Shown here piece by piece: positions 42,264-47,884 of a DNA stretch of 47,884 bases. The DNA comes from Stramenopiles sp. TOSAG23-2. Taxonomy: Eukaryota. Numbering within the stretch: position 1 is the first letter of the stretch; every line of letters starts with the position of its first letter. A program made the position numbers and the translations under genes. A model generated the notes under the pieces. That model had not been told where the DNA came from, made no database searches, and saw only the letters and a program-made list of their open reading frames with translations. Location of the stretch: assembly GCA_900128395.1 (NCBI GenBank), contig LT649275.1, positions 1 to 47,884 of the forward strand, read 5' to 3'.

Positions 42264-45200
42264 TTATTCTTTTTTGCATTCATCATCACCATCATTACTA
42301 CTATCTTCCTCTTCCTCTAATGTTGCTACATCCAATCGTTTCATCATTTCAATCATCATAGACTGGTGTTCATAATTGCGATTTCCACCTTTTGGTCGAT
42401 ATGACATAACTTCATGACCATTCAATATCTTGCGTATCTTTAAGGCAGTGTCATTATTTGCTTCTTTTTCTGCTTTACTTGCATCAAATACCCAACCATC
42501 AATTTTTGACATTACAAAAATTATATTTTTCTTATCCAATAGATCTTGTCTTTTTGTTAAAATCTCTTGTAACGTATCTAAACATGTATCGTCTTCCAGG
42601 ATACCACCAGTTAAAATTACGATGACATATTCAGCATTATTAATATTAGTTGTACATATTTGCTTCATGTTATCTTTTAATGATTTTATAATATCTTTCG
42701 CAATTGTTTCCCCAGATACTACATTGGTTTTCGATGATTTTTCAGCATAAACTACTTGAAATTTATGGTTACTTGTAAAGTTAGGTGGCGTTGGCGTTGG
42801 GACGTTAATATTGGCACGTTTTAATAATTGGTACAACATTGCTTCGTATTCAAATCCACGACGACGATGGGGTATCATGTCTTTCTTCTCGTAAATTTCA
42901 ATTATTTTATCACGTATATGTTTTGCTTTATCCGTTTTTAAGGCTTGAAATTTTGATAATTCCATATCTTTTGTCCTAGTTTTTAAAGCTTGAAAATTTG
43001 AAAATCCCATATCTTTTGTTTCAAGATCTTCATATGTATTTTGTAAAACAGATATATCTATACCATTAAGCTTCTGTACTGAACTTTCCCATCCACGTTC
43101 TTCTGTAATCTTATGATCTGCTTTACGCGAACATTCATTGTTTTTCCAACGGGTTAAATCCCATTGCCAGAACATTGGATTTTCTTCCACGATAACAATA
43201 ATTGGTTTGTTAAATAACAATGCAGTGGCAAATTCTAATAAGCAATACCGTCTGGACATATAGCTATTTGTTAACATAACGACAAAAGCATCGGAATCCA
43301 TTACACCTTGTATCATACTATTTGCATCAATATTTTTCTGAGACATATCACGCCATACATGTATACCTAATCTAACTAATGCATTGTACAATGTCCCAAT
43401 TTCACCAGAGGATTCACTTTGCATGTGAGATATAAACATATGATATTTCATTGGCCGTAGGGTTAATGAATTGACTAAACGATTGCCAAATAATGATGAC
43501 TGAAAAAAACGGTGGTCCAATATCTCATCAATATTTTTCGGCCTTTCATCAGGTTTACCTTTCAAACACCAACGAATTAAATCTCGAGCAGCATCTGTAA
43601 ATTGACGGTTATTTGGAAAAGTAACCAAACTCAGGTATTTATCTGATATCGTATGCCATGCACATAAAATACTTTTATCTGTTTCGTTTACTAAATTATC
43701 ATTGCTGAGATCTTGGTGAAATAATTGCTGCCCTGTGCATAGTTCAAAAAATATAACTCCTAACGACCACACATCAAAACCAGCTTGAATGTTCTCAATG
43801 TATTTTGTAGCGATATTCGTAAATTTACATTGTGCTAACTCAGGCGGACAATATCCAGTGCTAGACTTCATGTCGATGTCTCTCGTTTGGCCTACTTGAC
43901 ATGCGGCATCCAAATCACAAAGGAGTAACCCATGACCCTCTACCTGTACAAAGTTTCTTGGCTTTAAATCACAATGTATGTATCCTATTTGATGTAGTTG
44001 GCCAACGTTTTTTACGGCTTGACGGAACAAATATTCAATTTCTTTCAACTTACAACCTGCAATTCGCTGTGTAGAAAGCTCTTGAAACAGCGAACCAATA
44101 CCACGTTCCATTACTAATACATATGGGTACTCAGGGTAAAATTTGTTACTTTTTTCGACATTTTCACGTTGTTTTTTTCTCAACATTTTTGCCTCCATAT
44201 TTATTGGATTTCTCTTATCACCGTCAGGTAAATGCCACCCGAGTACTTTCACTACACACATATTGATTGCAGAAGTTTTAATAGTGTCACTAAACCGAGT
44301 AATAATTTCACGTTTAAATTCATCATAATTTTGCATCAGTTTTAGAGCTACATTTTTCTGGTTATCTAGAACATCTGTTGCGAATAAGACAATGGATGTT
44401 AGCGATCTATGTAAAGGCTTTCCTCCATTTCCAATTTTATAACGCCCAAATTTGGAGTAAAGTGATCTGGCCCACTGAATAACCTTTGGCCATTCATAAG
44501 CGTAACGAATAATGTCGTCACGATTGTAACCATTCATATCATAATATGTTGGTGAAACGGACTCATAACAAATTTTAGTTAGAAGCAAATGTTTTTGTTC
44601 ATGAGAGAGGTTAGGAGGTCTATCATCGTCAAGCTTATTTCTCTTTTCGCAAATGTAATGTAAAACACTTTTACTAGTTGTTTCTAACTTAGTACTTCCA
44701 TTAATCCGTTCATCATTTAATAAAACTTTACATATGTCTATGTTATAAGTGTCGATGGCATACTCCAATAAATGTTTATCACTTATTACAGTTGGTACTG
44801 TCTGTTCATGGTTCTGCAATATTTGTTGCACTGATTCATAATTTTCATATACAATTGCTCTCTTAAGATCTGTTAAATCACCCTCGCCTAAAGACACATA
44901 ATTACCATTTTTATCATGGCACATTGCTTTACCACCATGTTTCCGGATCAATTGAATGATATCATCTTTGGCTTCGCTATCAGTGTACATGTATGCCTCA
45001 TCTATAGCTGTGTGCCCTGCTGTGTTCAAGTTATTGCAATCATTAACTGACAGTCTCTTTAACATGATTTTAACAATATTAACATTATCTGAGCAAGCAG
45101 CTAAATGTAATGGGAACTCTCTAAATATATCCAAATATCCCTTATTAGCGAGATCAACGCGGCCTTCTTCTACTAAATATTGCGCTATATCAAAATGTCT

Positions 45201-47501
45201 ATTACCTAAAGCGGTAATTAATGGACTGCATAAAGTGTTATTTCTGATGGAACGACCTACTTGATTCACTATGCTTGTTTTATTAGTTGCAATACTCATA
45301 AATAGTTTCACATCATCAAAACGTCCAATTGTACATGCAGACAGAAATGGCGTGGAATTTGGAATTGCCTTTTTATATACCTTTGTTAATTTACCTGCAC
45401 TTCCATTGTTTTGATCATCATCATAAGTGTCACCCAAATATTCAATATCGCCCAGAAGAATATCAAATATATAGTTAACAATAGCTTCGTCATTTGCCAC
45501 TTCCAAAGCTCTGGAATCTTCACCATTAACATTTTTACCCCATTTGTTACACAACATTTCTTCTCTTGTCGAAGGTAAAAAGGAAAATTTTGCTCTAGGG
45601 TAAGTAATAACCAAGTCAGGATTTTGTAGAAATAATTTCACATGATCAACACGTCCTTTTTCACATGCACAGATAAACGGTGTGCCCTTTGGAAACGCCT
45701 TTCTATATACCTTATTCAATGCCTTAATATCATTGGCTGCCCCATCAAGAAGAACATCAAATAGATAGTCAATGATACTTTTGTTATTTGCAACTTCGAA
45801 AGCTGTGACCTTATCCCCATCGCTATCTGTACCTTGTTGAGTCACCATATTTTCCAACGATTGCTTCTCCTGTGGGAGCAGACTACCATAAAAAGGATTA
45901 TTGGTAACAAATGATTTCACATCGGGAAAATTTCCTTTTTCGCATGCAACAATAAATGGTGTACATTTTTTCATACCACTTTGCTTTTCCACCATGTTGG
46001 CGTATTTCTCTTCTAAATCTTGTATTGCTTTCAAACTTCTAATTTCTTTTGAAATTACATCATTATTTCTGTAAGGATCTTGTCTAAAATGGATTTCTGT
46101 ATCGCTGTTTGTATGATCTGCATCATCGTCTGTATTATCTGAGCTGCTATCGCTAGAAATCCGGTCAATATAGTCATCTTGTTTATCACGTTGGGCAATT
46201 AATGCAGTGATATCTTGTTGAAGTGTCTCCCGTTTATGGCCGTTTTCATCATACCACTTTGCTTTTCCACCATGTTGGCGAATCAACGCAATTATCTTTT
46301 GTTTTATTGGGCTATAGCTAAATTCATAGACTTCATCTAATAAAGTGGTGAAATCACGCCTATTCAATTCATTGATATTATTTACTTTAGATAATGCTGC
46401 ATCTACTGTTTCTACATTTGTAGCTATGATTATCTCCCATCTTAGATCTAAATTCCCCTTTTCATCTGTTACATTGTTGACATTATACCAATTTGCTTTG
46501 CCACCACGCTGTTGAATTAATGCAGCGATATCTTGTTGGATTGGGCTTTTATTATAATAATAAACATAATCTAATATCGTGTGCTGGTGCTCATCCAAAT
46601 CATTAATATTATCGATCGTAATTAATGCTTCACGTACTACTTTCAAGTCTGTTCCATAAATTATTGCCCCTCTTGGATTTAAGTCACCATTACCTATTCC
46701 AACATTATTACCACCAAAATCGTGACAGTTTGCTTTTCCACCATGTTGTTGAATTAATGCAGCGATATCTTGTTGGATTGGGCTTTTATTATAATAATAA
46801 ACATAATCTAATATCGTGTGCTGGTGCTCATCCAAATCATTAATATTATCGATCGTAATTAATGCTTCACGTACTACTTTCAAGTCTGTTCCATAAATTA
46901 TTGCCCCTCTTGGATTTAAGTCACCATTACCTATTCCAACATTATTACCACCAAAATCGTGACAGTTTGCTTTTCCACCATGTGAGCGTAATGATGATAC
47001 AATTTCTTCTTTTATTGGACTTTTATTCCACTCGTATGCGAAGTCAAGCGCAGTATACCCGGATTTGCTCTTTTTGTTGACAACATTAACGACTGCTTCA
47101 TGTTCTAGTAAGAAATCAATGACATCCGTGTTATTTTTGTTACCTGCTGCACAACAATGCAACAACCCCCATCCCTCTTTGCTGTCTGCGATAGTAGGGT
47201 CAGCATCAGTGTGTTCAAGCAAATATTGCACTATATTAAGATGCTCCTTAACTGCAGCTATCATTAATGGCGAGCTACTAGTACCACGGCTATCTTTACC
47301 TTCTTGATTAACCATTTCTTTTAACGTTACACCACAATGCTTCATATCGTGTAGTCCAACAAAAATTTTTACATCTGTTAAACAGGCCTTCTCACATGCA
47401 ACAATAAATGGCGTCGCTTCAGGAAATTTTTGTTCATATTTTTTAATCAAAGACTTACGAGATTCTCCGGTTCTGCAACGAACGCGTCGACAACAGCTCA
47501 T
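42264..47501 (-). CDS. Ankyrin-repeat, protein kinase, TIR and degenerate TIR-like multidomain protein
   Basis: Ankyrin motifs (TPFIVACEKG, SPLMIAA, PLHLAA). Kinase VALK/REI/HCDLKPRN/DLD/PPE/DVWSLG. TIR YHMFISH...VWRD...SDAFVVMLTNSYMSRRYCLLEF. Confidence 0.92.
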   Translation of the reverse strand: MSCCRRVRCRTGESRKSLIKKYEQKFPEATPFIVACEKACLTDVKIFVGLHDMKHCGVTLKEMVNQEGKDSRGTSSSPLMIAAVKEHLNIVQYLLEHTDADPTIADSKEGWGLLHCCAAGNKNNTDVIDFLLEHEAVVNVVNKKSKSGYTALDFAYEWNKSPIKEEIVSSLRSHGGKANCHDFGGNNVGIGNGDLNPRGAIIYGTDLKVVREALITIDNINDLDEHQHTILDYVYYYNKSPIQQDIAALIQQHGGKANCHDFGGNNVGIGNGDLNPRGAIIYGTDLKVVREALITIDNINDLDEHQHTILDYVYYYNKSPIQQDIAALIQQRGGKANWYNVNNVTDEKGNLDLRWEIIIATNVETVDAALSKVNNINELNRRDFTTLLDEVYEFSYSPIKQKIIALIRQHGGKAKWYDENGHKRETLQQDITALIAQRDKQDDYIDRISSDSSSDNTDDDADHTNSDTEIHFRQDPYRNNDVISKEIRSLKAIQDLEEKYANMVEKQSGMKKCTPFIVACEKGNFPDVKSFVTNNPFYGSLLPQEKQSLENMVTQQGTDSDGDKVTAFEVANNKSIIDYLFDVLLDGAANDIKALNKVYRKAFPKGTPFICACEKGRVDHVKLFLQNPDLVITYPRAKFSFLPSTREEMLCNKWGKNVNGEDSRALEVANDEAIVNYIFDILLGDIEYLGDTYDDDQNNGSAGKLTKVYKKAIPNSTPFLSACTIGRFDDVKLFMSIATNKTSIVNQVGRSIRNNTLCSPLITALGNRHFDIAQYLVEEGRVDLANKGYLDIFREFPLHLAACSDNVNIVKIMLKRLSVNDCNNLNTAGHTAIDEAYMYTDSEAKDDIIQLIRKHGGKAMCHDKNGNYVSLGEGDLTDLKRAIVYENYESVQQILQNHEQTVPTVISDKHLLEYAIDTYNIDICKVLLNDERINGSTKLETTSKSVLHYICEKRNKLDDDRPPNLSHEQKHLLLTKICYESVSPTYYDMNGYNRDDIIRYAYEWPKVIQWARSLYSKFGRYKIGNGGKPLHRSLTSIVLFATDVLDNQKNVALKLMQNYDEFKREIITRFSDTIKTSAINMCVVKVLGWHLPDGDKRNPINMEAKMLRKKQRENVEKSNKFYPEYPYVLVMERGIGSLFQELSTQRIAGCKLKEIEYLFRQAVKNVGQLHQIGYIHCDLKPRNFVQVEGHGLLLCDLDAACQVGQTRDIDMKSSTGYCPPELAQCKFTNIATKYIENIQAGFDVWSLGVIFFELCTGQQLFHQDLSNDNLVNETDKSILCAWHTISDKYLSLVTFPNNRQFTDAARDLIRWCLKGKPDERPKNIDEILDHRFFQSSLFGNRLVNSLTLRPMKYHMFISHMQSESSGEIGTLYNALVRLGIHVWRDMSQKNIDANSMIQGVMDSDAFVVMLTNSYMSRRYCLLEFATALLFNKPIIVIVEENPMFWQWDLTRWKNNECSRKADHKITEERGWESSVQKLNGIDISVLQNTYEDLETKDMGFSNFQALKTRTKDMELSKFQALKTDKAKHIRDKIIEIYEKKDMIPHRRRGFEYEAMLYQLLKRANINVPTPTPPNFTSNHKFQVVYAEKSSKTNVVSGETIAKDIIKSLKDNMKQICTTNINNAEYVIVILTGGILEDDTCLDTLQEILTKRQDLLDKKNIIFVMSKIDGWVFDASKAEKEANNDTALKIRKILNGHEVMSYRPKGGNRNYEHQSMMIEMMKRLDVATLEEEEDSSNDGDDECKKE
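46510..46983. repeat. Exact in-frame 237-bp (79-aa) tandem duplication in the ankyrin region
   Basis: 46510-46746 = 46747-46983. The protein repeats HGGKANCHDFGG...DIAALIQQ. Confidence 0.95.
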
Positions 47502-47884
47502 GATGTATATAATCTTAATATAAATAAGGTCAATTTGTTAATTTCAAGTCTTTTACAAATGTATAATCGTTGATATTATATGTATGTATAATCTTAATAT
47601 AACTTGGTTAATTTCAAGTCTTTACAAATTACAACAAAAAATATAAAGACCTAAACCGATTATACTTATAGCACTAGGTATACGCACATACCACATTTTA
47701 AAGATATTTAATTTCTGTGCCAGCCTGGCCAGCCCAGCCAGCCACATGCACATATCACAGGCGCGGGGGTTATTAGTCTAGTTATTAGTCTAATAAGCCA
47801 CGCTCCTAAAATAGGGTATGGGTTTATAATTTATAAACATACAGTATCAATATTTGATACATGATCAGAATATTGTCTACAAAT

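Noticed and set aside
47503..47629. Diverged ~50-bp tandem repeat upstream of the ankyrin-kinase-TIR gene
   Set aside because: Real but AT-rich, with no evidence of function.
1..47884. tRNA/rRNA genes, autonomous transposons, or a full endogenous virus or Polinton
   Set aside because: No cloverleaf or rRNA-like tracts, and no transposase, RT, integrase, capsid or packaging ATPase motifs were recognised by eye.

Overview
AT-rich, gene-dense, almost intron-free eukaryotic nuclear DNA in the standard code, with (TA)n/(CA)n/(GA)n microsatellites, poly-Asn tracts and one clear GT-AG intron. Gene content suggests a flagellated heterotrophic protist, plausibly a stramenopile (inference). Recognisable genes: IQ-WW-WW protein, W2-domain protein, ferric reductase, 3R-MYB, histidine acid phosphatase, LPMO-like protein, ATG101, CLASP-type TOG protein, CCDC33-like protein, EndoU, NIPSNAP, truncated GFA/CENP-V, PIG-X, At3g27390-like membrane protein, WW-myosin-PH-PH, PWI protein and a 1745-aa ankyrin-kinase-TIR protein. 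Two themes stand out. (1) The ankyrin/non-RD kinase/TIR/TIR-like protein is a candidate protist immune receptor-effector with recently expanded repeats. (2) Apparently captured coding fragments recur at 2.4-11 kb and 29.4-31.4 kb: a COG0523 piece fused to W2, a GFA piece inside another ORF, GC-richer fillers between direct repeats, and a possibly viral two-gene scrap. Some exact duplications (55 and 110 bp) and the gap overlap may be assembly artefacts. All family calls come from motif recognition by eye; no searches were run.
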